Origin: a virus | DNA: 64,000 bases | Strand: one strand, 5' to 3' | IMG/VR virus record: IMGVR_UViG_3300020429_000529 | Location: 326,762 to 390,761 of that record | In this document: positions 15,390 through 23,118 of the stretch, piece after piece | How positions within the stretch are numbered: position 1 is the first letter of the stretch | Layout: each line of letters opens with the position of its first letter | Position numbers and translations under genes: made by a program | Notes under the pieces: model-generated | Told to the model about the DNA's origin: nothing | The model's database searches: none | The model's input: the letters and a program-made list of their open reading frames with translations, nothing else

Positions 15390-15683
15390 GGGGCGTCTCA
15401 TTCCTCTCAAACTTGTTCTCTCGCCATCATCTCTGTTGACCATCGTGTACGGCAGAGTTACTTGAAGGGTTGAGGCGTGCGTCATCTTTAGATGACGGGT
15501 GAGAGATTCTTTCACGCTGGTAGATAGGAACCTCTGCGCGTAGTCAATGCCAAAGCGCAAAGCTTCACAACCCAACTGATAAGCGACGGGCGTAAGACCG
15601 TCGCAAATGCCGAGCGAAGCGAGGCATGACAGGGCGCGCAGAAGCGCACTGAAGCGCGCAGGTGCGGGCCAAGAGCCAAACAT
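15363..15683 (-). CDS. hypothetical protein (low confidence)
   Basis: Minus ORF trimmed to an internal Met to avoid overlapping tRNA-Met; Ala/Leu/Arg-rich, possibly a GC-frame artefact. Confidence 0.25.
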   Translation of the reverse strand: MFGSWPAPARFSALLRALSCLASLGICDGLTPVAYQLGCEALRFGIDYAQRFLSTSVKESLTRHLKMTHASTLQVTLPYTMVNRDDGERTSLRGMRRPSTALGIYL

Positions 15684-15724
15684 GAAGTGGTTTGCAAAGT
15701 CTTCGAAGAGAAGTGGAAAACGAT

Positions 15725-15796
15725 TGCCGATATGGTGTAACAGGTAGCACAGCGCTCTCATAAGGCGTTAGTCCCAGTTCAAATCTGGGTATCGGT
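15725..15796 (+). tRNA. tRNA-Met(CAU) (initiator, elongator or Ile2-type not resolved)
   Basis: gccgata/tatcggt acceptor, anticodon arm gcgct-CUCAUAA-ggcgt, T-arm cccagTTCAAATctggg. Confidence 0.8.
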
Positions 15797-15798
15797 AT

Positions 15799-15873
15799 TG
15801 TGGCTGAAACCGAAGTGGCCGAGGTACTTGCCTGTGAAGCAAGTTATTAGCGGGTTCGAGTCCCGTCAGTCAC
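15799..15873 (+). tRNA. tRNA-His(GUG)-like (no encoded G-1; -1 is T)
   Basis: gtggctg/cagtcac acceptor, 3-bp D-stem with 11-nt loop, anticodon arm cttgc-CUGUGAA-gcaag. Confidence 0.65.
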
Positions 15874-15878
15874 CCTTT

Positions 15879-15950
15879 TAGGGCGGTAGTGTAATTGGCA
15901 ACACTACAGATTTTGATTCTGTCATTCTGGGTTCGAGTCCCGGTCGCCCT
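15879..15950 (+). tRNA. tRNA-Gln(UUG), second copy
   Basis: agggcgg/tcgccct acceptor, anticodon arm acaga-UUUUGAU-tctgt, T-arm ctgggTTCGAGTcccgg. Confidence 0.7.
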
Positions 15951-16230
15951 GTTAAAACCAAGAGACCCTGCTGCTCGTCAGCAACAGGGTCTTCAAACGG
16001 CGGGATGAACTCTACGGACCTTGGACACTATTAACCAGGCTGGTCGCCCCAAGGTCATGTTTCTCCTGCTTACGCAGGCAATCCCTTGGTTTGACGAAGG
16101 CTGCTTTCAAGCCTTCATGATCACTGCCTTCGGCCTTCACCGACTCCGTTGAGCAGCTTGGTCTGCTCTACCGTCCTGCTCCTTGGTACGGACGGCGCAC
16201 GTGGATTGTAGCAGATTTTGTTTCACCTGT

Positions 16231-16301
16231 TGGGGGTGTGATGTAATGGAAGCATCTGAGGCGTTGAACCTCGGCGCGGGAGTTCGATTCTCTCCGCCCC
16301 T
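16231..16301 (+). tRNA. tRNA, anticodon uncertain (loop CGUUGAA with G33; UUG if canonical)
   Basis: gggggtg/cgcccct acceptor, atgt/gcat D-stem, T-arm gggagTTCGATTctctc. Confidence 0.5.
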
Positions 16302-16324
16302 ATTTCTGACGAAGGAGACCCGAG

Positions 16325-17068
16325 ATGATAGACTTTGAACGAGGCGCAAAAGCCACAGGTACAAAGTTCTACTTTCTGACAGGCAACGATGCCCTCAGAG
16401 AGTTGCAACTCTGTATGAAGATGATCGAGTTTCATGCCGAACGAGGATACGAGCCGGTCATTCCGCCGTATCTCGTCAACAAGAAGACATGCGAGATGGC
16501 TGGTATCCTTCCTCGCTTCGAGGGAGACTTCTACGAGACGCAGGACGGGTTCGTTCTGATTCCGACCGCAGAAACGCCCCTCGTCGGTTTTCGCGCCAAC
16601 GAGATCATCCCCGAAGAAGAACTCCCGCTCAAGTATGTCGCCTTCTCGCCCTGTTTCCGCAGAGAGGCTGGCGCAGCGGGGAAGAAGGACAAGGGCCTCA
16701 AGAGGGTCCACCAGTTCCACAAGATCGAACTGTTCGTCATCTGCAAGCCCGAAGACTCGGAGCGGCTCCATGAGGAGATGACGGCTCAGGTCGAAGAGCT
16801 TCTTGATGAACTGGGCGTCGAGCATCGAAGGATCGAGCTTGACGAGAACGATCGTCCCCCAACGTCGGCCAAGACGTATGACATCGAGGTTCGAGCAGGA
16901 GAAGAATGGCTTGAAGTCTCTTCGATCTCGAACACGCTGGATCGGCAGGCAAAGCCCGCTCAGATCCGTTATCGGCCACGACCGCAGGCGAAACCCGTCA
17001 AGTGTCATATCTTGAACGGTTCGGGTGTCGCGCTGCCTCGGCTGACTCTTGCGATGTTGGGTGGATGA
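16325..17068 (+). CDS. seryl-tRNA synthetase catalytic core (class II), lacking the N-terminal tRNA-binding arm
   Basis: GAAGGAGAC RBS; GTKFYFLTG...GYEPVIPPYLV, FSPCFRREAGAAGKKDKGLKRVHQFHKIELF (motif 2) and the GSG motif region; the ORF starts about 25 nt after a tRNA. Confidence 0.75.
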   Translation: MIDFERGAKATGTKFYFLTGNDALRELQLCMKMIEFHAERGYEPVIPPYLVNKKTCEMAGILPRFEGDFYETQDGFVLIPTAETPLVGFRANEIIPEEELPLKYVAFSPCFRREAGAAGKKDKGLKRVHQFHKIELFVICKPEDSERLHEEMTAQVEELLDELGVEHRRIELDENDRPPTSAKTYDIEVRAGEEWLEVSSISNTLDRQAKPAQIRYRPRPQAKPVKCHILNGSGVALPRLTLAMLGG

Positions 17069-17098
17069 ATGGCAAGATCAGGGCCAGGTGGCCGATAC

Positions 17099-17170
17099 GC
17101 TCCCTAAGCATAGTAGGAGATGCACTCGCCTCGTAAGCGAGAGAAACCAGTTCGAATCTGGTAGGGAGCT
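17099..17170 (+). tRNA. tRNA-Thr(CGU), second copy
   Basis: gctccct/agggagc acceptor, anticodon arm ctcgc-CUCGUAA-gcgag. Confidence 0.8.
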
Positions 17171-17174
17171 TTCT

Positions 17175-17375
17175 ATGGCGCGCAAACTTACAATCGCAGA
17201 GGCGAAAGAGATCGTGCCAGAAAGCGAGATCATGGGCAAGCTTCCTTTGTTCCCTCTCAAGAAGGGCGGAGGCAAGCTCACAGAAGAAGAACTTGACAAT
17301 CTGATCGAGCATGTTTGGATCTCGGTCGCTGAAGAAAAGCTGGCAAAACAGCAGAATACAAATGGGAAGAATTGA
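17175..17375 (+). CDS. hypothetical small protein
   Basis: ATG just after the tRNA 3' end (whose sequence supplies a GGGAG RBS); 66 aa. Confidence 0.45.
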   Translation: MARKLTIAEAKEIVPESEIMGKLPLFPLKKGGGKLTEEELDNLIEHVWISVAEEKLAKQQNTNGKN

Positions 17376-17712
17376 TTCCACACTCGACTTCGAGATAGCA
17401 AATGTCTGGATCTCTCTTCATGAGGTGGTCGGCGACATTGCTTACGAAGAAAACGCCGATAAGAGAAAGAACCTGTTCGACAAGTATCTTTACCTGGATC
17501 GGCGTCTGCATCTGATGATGTGTGCCCTTAAGGACGGATGGGAAAAGTTCTCGTTCGAGAGGATGCACGAAGAGCGAAAGAACCTTTGCGCCGCAGACTA
17601 CTGGCGGTTCAAGGAGCTTTGGGATTTGCCGATGCCCGAAATCTTCAAGAGACATGAAGAGAAGCGGGTTGCGGAGATAGAGAAGAGAAGGAAGGGCGGC
17701 GAACATTGGTGA
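17362..17712 (+). CDS. hypothetical protein
   Basis: ATG...TGA overlap with the upstream gene; C-terminus overlaps tRNA-Ser by about 23 nt. Confidence 0.4.
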   Translation: MGRIDSTLDFEIANVWISLHEVVGDIAYEENADKRKNLFDKYLYLDRRLHLMMCALKDGWEKFSFERMHEERKNLCAADYWRFKELWDLPMPEIFKRHEEKRVAEIEKRRKGGEHW

Positions 17713-17780
17713 GTCGCATCCGCTTGGAAAGCGGACGGTCCTCGCGAGAGGGCCTGAGGGTTCGATTCCCTTCCCTTCCG
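17690..17780 (+). tRNA. tRNA-Ser(GGA)
   Basis: ggaaggg/cccttcc acceptor, anticodon arm tccgc-UUGGAAA-gcgga, 20-nt variable arm, T-arm gagggTTCGATTccctt. Confidence 0.8.
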
Positions 17781-17796
17781 CTTTGATAGAGATTCC

Positions 17797-18129
17797 ATGC
17801 CCAAGCAAACTTACATAACTCCAAAGTGTTGTAAGGAGGCAGACAACAACGCAGTTGTTCTCTCGGGCAGGGAATGGGAGTCAGACGAAGACGCCGTAAG
17901 CATCAAGCCGAAATGGGTTGTCCCTGTTTTCAAGGGAGAGTATTACGGGTTGATGGAGGTAAGCTTCTGTCCGTTTTGCGGCAAAGACCTGCCTGATGTA
18001 GAACTTGATCCGACAATTGATTCGAGCAAGATCTACAAGTTTGACGATGACTACTGCGGGAACTGCGGCGAGCGAAACAGGACATGCTCTTGTTTGCAAC
18101 CCGAGTTTCGATGGAAACCGATTGGATAG
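17797..18129 (+). CDS. Cys-rich (zinc-binding?) hypothetical protein
   Basis: CPFCG...CGNCG...CSC motifs; the stop codon is the tRNA's U8-A9-G10. Confidence 0.5.
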   Translation: MPKQTYITPKCCKEADNNAVVLSGREWESDEDAVSIKPKWVVPVFKGEYYGLMEVSFCPFCGKDLPDVELDPTIDSSKIYKFDDDYCGNCGERNRTCSCLQPEFRWKPIG

Positions 18130-18217
18130 GAGGCAACTGATGGTTCGTTGCATCTGCCTGCTAAGCAGACGTGCCCTGTAAACCAGGGCACCGAGGGTTC
18201 GAGTCCCTTCCTATCCG
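18124..18217 (+). tRNA. tRNA-Ser(GCU)
   Basis: ggatagg/cctatcc acceptor, anticodon arm tctgc-CUGCUAA-gcaga, long variable arm gtgccctgtaaaccagggcac. Confidence 0.8.
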
Positions 18218-18333
18218 CTTTGATTTACCTGTTGGGCATATCGCTTGGATTCTTGGCGTTAGCTGTCGTGATTTACGCCATCGTTAGCGCCATGTCTGGC
18301 CGATATGCAAGCAGCGTACCAGAGGGAGAAGTC

Positions 18334-18534
18334 ATGTCAGAAGATCAGAACACTCCGAAAGAGTTCGAACTGTACCGAGACAACGATGGAGAGTTCCGTT
18401 GGAGGCTTCGAGCCCGAAACGGTCGAGTCATCGCTTCCTCGGGAGAAGGCTACAAGAACAAGGCTGACGCCGAACATGCGATCGGCCTGGTCAAGAACGC
18501 TTCAGCAGCAACAGTAGTAGAGGATCTGACATGA
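18334..18534 (+). CDS. DUF1508/YegP-like protein
   Basis: GAGGGAGAAG RBS; FELYRDNDGEFRWRLRARNGRVIASSGEGYKNKADAEHAI matches the YegP repeat; an upstream in-frame TM-like segment would require a non-ATG start. Confidence 0.55.
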   Translation: MSEDQNTPKEFELYRDNDGEFRWRLRARNGRVIASSGEGYKNKADAEHAIGLVKNASAATVVEDLT

Positions 18535-18734
18535 ACAACGACATCACAAGAGATGAAAACGGCGAACCTGTTGTATACGAAGGCGACATGGTTTCCAAGC
18601 CTGTCGAGGGATCAAAGGGCCGAGCCTTTACGATGGAAGATGCCATCAAGTATCTCAACAGACCGAGAGGCACTCGTAAGAATGCCATAGAGAACAAGCG
18701 CCGCTACAAGCAGCGCCCTAAGAAGTCTCGATAA
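18531..18734 (+). CDS. hypothetical basic protein
   Basis: ATGA overlap with the upstream stop; 67 aa. Confidence 0.5.
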   Translation: MNNDITRDENGEPVVYEGDMVSKPVEGSKGRAFTMEDAIKYLNRPRGTRKNAIENKRRYKQRPKKSR

Positions 18735-18737
18735 CAT

Positions 18738-18822
18738 TTGGATGGGCCAACATTGGCGTGTGAAGCTGTCTTGAAAACAGTCATGGGTTCATAGCCCTTG
18801 AGGGTTCGACTCCCTCCCCATC
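18738..18822 (+). tRNA. tRNA-Ser(UGA)
   Basis: ggatggg/cccatcc acceptor, anticodon arm gctgt-CUUGAAA-acagt, long variable arm. Confidence 0.8.
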
Positions 18823-18860
18823 CGCTTATATTGAAAACCCGCTCTAATCGGAGGATGCGT

Positions 18861-19250
18861 ATGAAGTCTCTCAAGTATCTCTCGCCAGAAAAACGCGCCA
18901 TCAAGATCAGTAACGGAGCCTTTCGAGGGCTCACAGTTGACCTGGAAGCCTTCCCAAACAGCAGCTTCCAAGACGATCTCCAAGAAGGCAAATGCTCTGA
19001 AGTCTCCTTGGTCTTCCTAAGACCAGACATTCAGAAAGACGACGAGGGATACGTCACGGTCCCGATCGACAGAGAGACGCAGCGAGCCTACAACCGAGCG
19101 GCTCAGACAAGAGCAGATGTCTGCGGAAGATGCAGGCACAAAACAAAGGGCCTGATCGAAGCCTACAAGTTCGATCGCAAGACGGGCGAGTTCGTAGAGA
19201 GTACGAGCGCAACCCCTTACTCCGAGAGACCATTTCTTCTGGTCGCATGA
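18861..19250 (+). CDS. hypothetical protein
   Basis: First ATG with a GGAGGA RBS after the tRNA, within ORF 18798-19250. Confidence 0.5.
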   Translation: MKSLKYLSPEKRAIKISNGAFRGLTVDLEAFPNSSFQDDLQEGKCSEVSLVFLRPDIQKDDEGYVTVPIDRETQRAYNRAAQTRADVCGRCRHKTKGLIEAYKFDRKTGEFVESTSATPYSERPFLLVA

Positions 19251-19579
19251 AGATCTACTGCGACATCGATGGAACGCTCACAGATGAGCCGTTCAAGAAA
19301 TGGGGCAAGCCCAAGCAGGAGCGGATCGATAAGCTGAAGCAGCTTATCCAAGAAGGCCATCAGGTCATTCTTTGGTCGGGCGGAGGAACGAGATATGCCC
19401 GACAGTTTGCCAAGAAGTATGGCATCAGGGCGACGGCTGCTGTTGGTAAGCCAGATGTCATCATTGATGACAACCCCAAGATCCGCCCAACGAAGAGAAC
19501 GACATATCTGTCTCCCGAGCAGTTTGAATCGCAGGACATCGATTCGGGAGACAGATGGATAGATCACATTGGAAGGTAG
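19247..19579 (+). CDS. HAD-superfamily hydrolase-like protein
   Basis: ATGA overlap; MKIYCDIDGTLTD...ILWSGGG...GKPDVIIDDN. Confidence 0.65.
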   Translation: MKIYCDIDGTLTDEPFKKWGKPKQERIDKLKQLIQEGHQVILWSGGGTRYARQFAKKYGIRATAAVGKPDVIIDDNPKIRPTKRTTYLSPEQFESQDIDSGDRWIDHIGR

Positions 19580-19664
19580 GCGACTGCCGGTTCGTCGCAC
19601 CTGTTTCGAAAACAGACGTGCCCTGTAGCCCAGGGCACCGGGGGTTCGACTCCCCCACCTTCCG
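19571..19664 (+). tRNA. tRNA-Ser(CGA)
   Basis: ggaaggt/accttcc acceptor, anticodon arm ctgt-UUCGAAA-acag, long variable arm gtgccctgtagcccagggcac. Confidence 0.75.
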
Positions 19665-19742
19665 CTTTCTGAGAAGGATTTTATCGAAACCTGAAGTATA
19701 GATTGTCCTCGCAGTTCAAATCCGCTGCGATTTGGAGGATAG

Positions 19743-20705
19743 ATGCTTGGGGAAAATGTTCGAAAGATTCCTTTCCACCCTATACCTACAAACCCCATCG
19801 CAACAAACGCCAACACCAAAAACCTGTTCGATAGCGATCCGACAGCCGAGAAAAAGCCAACCCTTAGAAAGACAACAGAAGGCAAACAGCCCTTTGTTGC
19901 GTATTGGCTCATCGGAGGAGCCTCAAACAATGCCAGCCTGAGGCGCATTGGTTGGGGAGTCGCAACAAGAGGTTGGAACGAGTTCATACAAGAGAAAATC
20001 GTTCCTCAAATTCAGGTCGGAGTTCGCAGATTCCATCTTCACAACCCATTTGGCCTTGACGCATCAGGCCCTATGCCAGCCGATCAATACATCAAAGCTG
20101 TTGAGCAGGGACTTGATCTTGTCTATGGCAACTTTGTTGAAGCGTGGAAGCCAATCGCCGACAATCCGAACTTTGAAGTTACAGCCTACCTTGGCAAGTT
20201 GCCTGATTCGGCTATCTTCAATGAACTGATCGGGTTGAAAGATTCATCAGGCTGGATGAAGAGACTGACCGAATCATATCAGGCTGTCATGGAAGCGGGA
20301 ATGTCTATTGGCTTTGACGCTATGGCAATTGCAGAAGACAGCGATGAATCGTATCTCGCTTACGACTTGATTGACAAGCTTTGTCAGCTAACGGGTCGCA
20401 GAACGTACATCGAGGCGACTCCGAAGAAGAGAGATGAGCATCTGACGGGCAGAAACATCTTTGTCATTGATAGCACATGGAGAACTCGCCTGACTCTCCC
20501 CGCTTTTGCGCATGACGAGGATCTATCAGGCGAGATCGTAAGACTTGCTGTCAAGCCGAGATCAGAAACAAGGACTACGCTTGAGTGGTGTCTTGGTATC
20601 GGAGAAGAGATTCTTGCCGATGGTCACACCTTCTGCCCCTCTCAAGGGTGGCAGCTTTCGATGGATGAGTTGGCGCATCTGCTTCGGATGTTGAGGATTC
20701 TTTAG
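19743..20705 (+). CDS. hypothetical protein, paralog family A
   Basis: GGAGGA RBS; RRFHLHNPFGLDASGPM / VTAYLGKLPD motifs shared with 4043, 38401 and 39861. Confidence 0.7.
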   Translation: MLGENVRKIPFHPIPTNPIATNANTKNLFDSDPTAEKKPTLRKTTEGKQPFVAYWLIGGASNNASLRRIGWGVATRGWNEFIQEKIVPQIQVGVRRFHLHNPFGLDASGPMPADQYIKAVEQGLDLVYGNFVEAWKPIADNPNFEVTAYLGKLPDSAIFNELIGLKDSSGWMKRLTESYQAVMEAGMSIGFDAMAIAEDSDESYLAYDLIDKLCQLTGRRTYIEATPKKRDEHLTGRNIFVIDSTWRTRLTLPAFAHDEDLSGEIVRLAVKPRSETRTTLEWCLGIGEEILADGHTFCPSQGWQLSMDELAHLLRMLRIL

Positions 20706-21046
20706 TCAAGGTCAGGCCAAGTTTGAAACGGCAAATCATGTTCGGTGCGAAGTTCGTTGATCCAGTCTCTATGAGTGCCGGTGATTCGCCAGAACTTGCG
20801 TAGCTGAGCATCTTGCGATGCGTCTTTTTCTGTGTTGTCTACAATGGCATCGAGCGTTTGTTGCATGAGGGCCATGTCGGTACGAAGATCAGCCGCATCA
20901 TCGTTGAGGTCGTTGATTCTGGTGAGGGACCATGTAAAGAGTCCGCTGAGAATGAGAATAAGCAGCCCGAGCAAGGACTGGATGACTTGATCTGGTTTCA
21001 TTGCCATTTGAGAGACGCCTCCGTATGAGTTATTGGGATCACTCAT
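20702..21046 (-). CDS. hypothetical membrane/coiled-coil protein
   Basis: 114-aa minus ORF with one hydrophobic segment; weak RBS. Confidence 0.4.
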   Translation of the reverse strand: MSDPNNSYGGVSQMAMKPDQVIQSLLGLLILILSGLFTWSLTRINDLNDDAADLRTDMALMQQTLDAIVDNTEKDASQDAQLRKFWRITGTHRDWINELRTEHDLPFQTWPDLD

Positions 21047-21081
21047 ACTTGGGCAGGAAAACTGAGAATCCCTTCTGATAA

Positions 21082-21106
21082 GGCCGGGTGCCCGAGCGGT
21101 TAGGGG
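21082..21106 (+). other. tRNA 5' fragment (acceptor ggccggg + Tyr-type D-arm cccgagcggttagggg)
   Basis: Acceptor strand pairs with the 3' fragment at 21974-21980 (cccggtc); no anticodon or T-arm follows. Confidence 0.45.
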
Positions 21107-21181
21107 TTGGATGAAGGAATGATAGTCAACTAATCGAATACCTATAAATCGTCGATATACACGATAGATAGGAGTTCGATT

Positions 21182-21859
21182 ATGAGACAGAAAACCAAGG
21201 AGCGAAGTCAGGCTATCGATCTTCGCAAGCAGGGTAAATCGCTATCAGAGATTCAAGAAAAGCTTGGCGTTGCTCGCAGCACCGTTAGCGTTTGGGTTAG
21301 AGATGTTGAGCTTTCTGATGAACAGAGAAACAGGCTCGATAGCAGAAAACCAGCAAAGCCCGAGGCTTTTTATCAGCAAAGATCTGAAGCATATAGAGCC
21401 AAGCGACAAGAGTATCAACAGCGAGGTAGGGATCTTGCTCGCAAATTTGCATCTGATCGATTGTTCATAGCAGGATGCATGCTTTATTGGGCAGAAGGGT
21501 CAAAGGCAAAGAACTCCGTCATATTCTGTAACTCAGATGCAGACATGATGAGAATGTTCATTCGGTTTCTCTTGAAATACTTCGATGTCACAAAACATGA
21601 CATTCGAGCAAGATGCAACTTCTATACGGATATTCATTCTCAGGATGAGGTAGAGTCTTATTGGCAATCGAACCTTTCATTGCCTGAAAGTTCTTTCACC
21701 AAAAGCGTTGTTGATTACAACAATCGATACAGCAAGAGACAGGGCAAGCTTGAGTACGGAACCTGTTCAATTTCAATACATAGTACCGAGCTTGTTCAGA
21801 TTATCTTTGGTTCTATTTCTGAGATCGCTGAAATAGAAGGCGAGAAATGGTTAGACTGA
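21182..21859 (+). CDS. HTH + LAGLIDADG-like homing endonuclease (tentative)
   Basis: N-terminal helix-turn-helix (SLSEIQEKLGVARSTVSVW); IAGCMLYWAEGSK resembles a single LAGLIDADG motif; lies between the two tRNA fragments. Confidence 0.45.
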   Translation: MRQKTKERSQAIDLRKQGKSLSEIQEKLGVARSTVSVWVRDVELSDEQRNRLDSRKPAKPEAFYQQRSEAYRAKRQEYQQRGRDLARKFASDRLFIAGCMLYWAEGSKAKNSVIFCNSDADMMRMFIRFLLKYFDVTKHDIRARCNFYTDIHSQDEVESYWQSNLSLPESSFTKSVVDYNNRYSKRQGKLEYGTCSISIHSTELVQIIFGSISEIAEIEGEKWLD

Positions 21860-21860
21860 T

Positions 21861-21945
21861 GCCCGTATGGCCGAGTGGCGAAGGCGGCGGATTGCAAATC
21901 CGCTGAGGCTTGACCTCCACGTTGGTTCGAATCCAACTGCGGGCT
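21861..21945 (+). tRNA. Ser-like class II tRNA body with anticodon GCA (Cys codons)
   Basis: gcccgta/tgcgggc acceptor, Ser-type D-arm ggccgagtggcgaaggc, anticodon arm gcgga-UUGCAAA-tccgc, 17-nt variable arm, T-arm gttggTTCGAATccaac. Confidence 0.6.
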
Positions 21946-21981
21946 TTGAAGACTACGAGGGTTCGAATCCCTCCCCGGTCT
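21946..21981 (+). other. tRNA 3' fragment (T-arm gagggTTCGAATccctc + acceptor cccggtc)
   Basis: Pairs with the 5' fragment at 21082; no anticodon arm upstream. Confidence 0.45.
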
Positions 21982-21988
21982 TTTGAAT

Positions 21989-22062
21989 GGCCTCTGGTCC
22001 GCTTGGAGCGGGACTCGGTTGCAACCCGAGTTGAATATCTGGTTCGAATCCAGCAGGGGTCT
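21989..22062 (+). tRNA. tRNA-Cys(GCA)
   Basis: ggcctct/aggggtc acceptor, anticodon arm ctcgg-UUGCAAC-ccgag, T-loop TTCGAAT. Confidence 0.7.
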
Positions 22063-22064
22063 TT

Positions 22065-22340
22065 ATGAGCGAAGTTCCAGAAGAATATCGTATCTCGCCT
22101 GAAAAGGCGGAAGAGATGGTCGATGACGCCATCCGAGAGGGCGACCTTGAGGGCTTTTACGAGGCAGTTTGCCCATGCGGAGAGATTTGCGGCATGCATT
22201 TTCACTCTGTCATTGGCGGCGAGCCTCCGAAGCCGAGCAAATACATCGCTTGCCCTTCTTGTCATCGGGTAGGCTTCAAGGATGGCATCGAGTGGAAGTA
22301 TGTCCCTCCGATCTTGGAGCAGGACGATGAGGTTGCATGA
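22065..22340 (+). CDS. Cys-rich hypothetical protein
   Basis: CPCGEICGMH...CPSCH motifs; starts 3 nt after tRNA-Cys. Confidence 0.5.
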   Translation: MSEVPEEYRISPEKAEEMVDDAIREGDLEGFYEAVCPCGEICGMHFHSVIGGEPPKPSKYIACPSCHRVGFKDGIEWKYVPPILEQDDEVA

Positions 22341-22615
22341 ACAGCGTCATCTACGAGACCTCTGAGGGCTACAGGACGCACGTTGGCATTCAGGACGGCA
22401 CAGAGTATGGCGGTCCCTTTCCGACGCTCACAGAGGCTCAGGACGACTGCTGGAAGACAGAGAAGATCATGAACGGAAACGACATCGACGTTGATGCGAT
22501 TCCGATTATGCGCGGGTCTCTTGGAGATAAAGGCCCCGACAGAATCCCGGGAGAACTGTCGGACGCCAAACGAGAGGGTTCGAATCCCTTGACCCGCTTT
22601 ATGAGACCGATTTGA
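22337..22615 (+). CDS. hypothetical protein (3' end contains a tRNA-like T-arm/acceptor sequence)
   Basis: ATGA overlap; the C-terminal EGSNPLTRF is coded by gagggTTCGAATcccttgacccgc, which pairs with gcgggtc at 22512. Confidence 0.3.
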   Translation: MNSVIYETSEGYRTHVGIQDGTEYGGPFPTLTEAQDDCWKTEKIMNGNDIDVDAIPIMRGSLGDKGPDRIPGELSDAKREGSNPLTRFMRPI

Positions 22616-22616
22616 T

Positions 22617-22688
22617 GTGGGTGTAGCTCAGCGGTAGAGCGCCAGCTTGCCAAGTTGGATGTCGAGGGTTCAAATCCCTTTACCCACT
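22617..22688 (+). tRNA. tRNA-Gly(GCC), second copy
   Basis: gtgggtg/tacccac acceptor, anticodon arm ccagc-UUGCCAA-gttgg, T-arm gagggTTCAAATccctt. Confidence 0.8.
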
Positions 22689-22692
22689 TTTC

Positions 22693-23091
22693 ATGGACAA
22701 ATGCGAATGTCAAGAACCTGATGCTTGCTACTATCCTGCAATCAACGAGGATGGTTGGAAGTGTTTGAACTGCATGAAAACCTTGGGTTTTCGACCAGAC
22801 CTTGATCGAGAGTTCATTCACGAGAAGGTCGAGGGCATCATGCAGGATATGCAGATGTCTAAGCTTGCATACTTCTCAAACAGTACCGAAGGGCATATGA
22901 TCGCAGCGCAGGTTGCGAGCGAATGTTCTCGTCAGAATCTCTACGATCAGGCGACGATCATTCTTGAGATCATGCGGGTCATTCAGCCAGATAAATCCCT
23001 GTTTTGGCAGTCAAAGGCCTCTGGCGCTATGGCGGAAACTTTAGATGTTGCAAAACGGGAGGAAGTTTGCGCTGATTGGTGGGAGAACTGA
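22693..23091 (+). CDS. hypothetical Cys-rich protein
   Basis: 132 aa; CECQEPDACYYP...CLNC. Confidence 0.55.
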   Translation: MDKCECQEPDACYYPAINEDGWKCLNCMKTLGFRPDLDREFIHEKVEGIMQDMQMSKLAYFSNSTEGHMIAAQVASECSRQNLYDQATIILEIMRVIQPDKSLFWQSKASGAMAETLDVAKREEVCADWWEN

Positions 23092-23118
23092 TTAGCCCTC
23101 AAAATAAGGAGCTAATCA

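Noticed and set aside
15798-15873. Whether tRNA-His carries the extra 5' G-1
   Set aside because: Position -1 is T and the discriminator is C, so no encoded G-1:C73 pair; kept the His call by anticodon only.
22512-22598. tRNA-like ends gcgggtc ... gagggTTCGAATccctt gacccgc inside CDS 22337-22615
   Set aside because: The interior does not fold into D or anticodon arms (a 6-bp stem with a 13-nt loop). Kept as a note on the CDS, but it could be a decayed class II tRNA.
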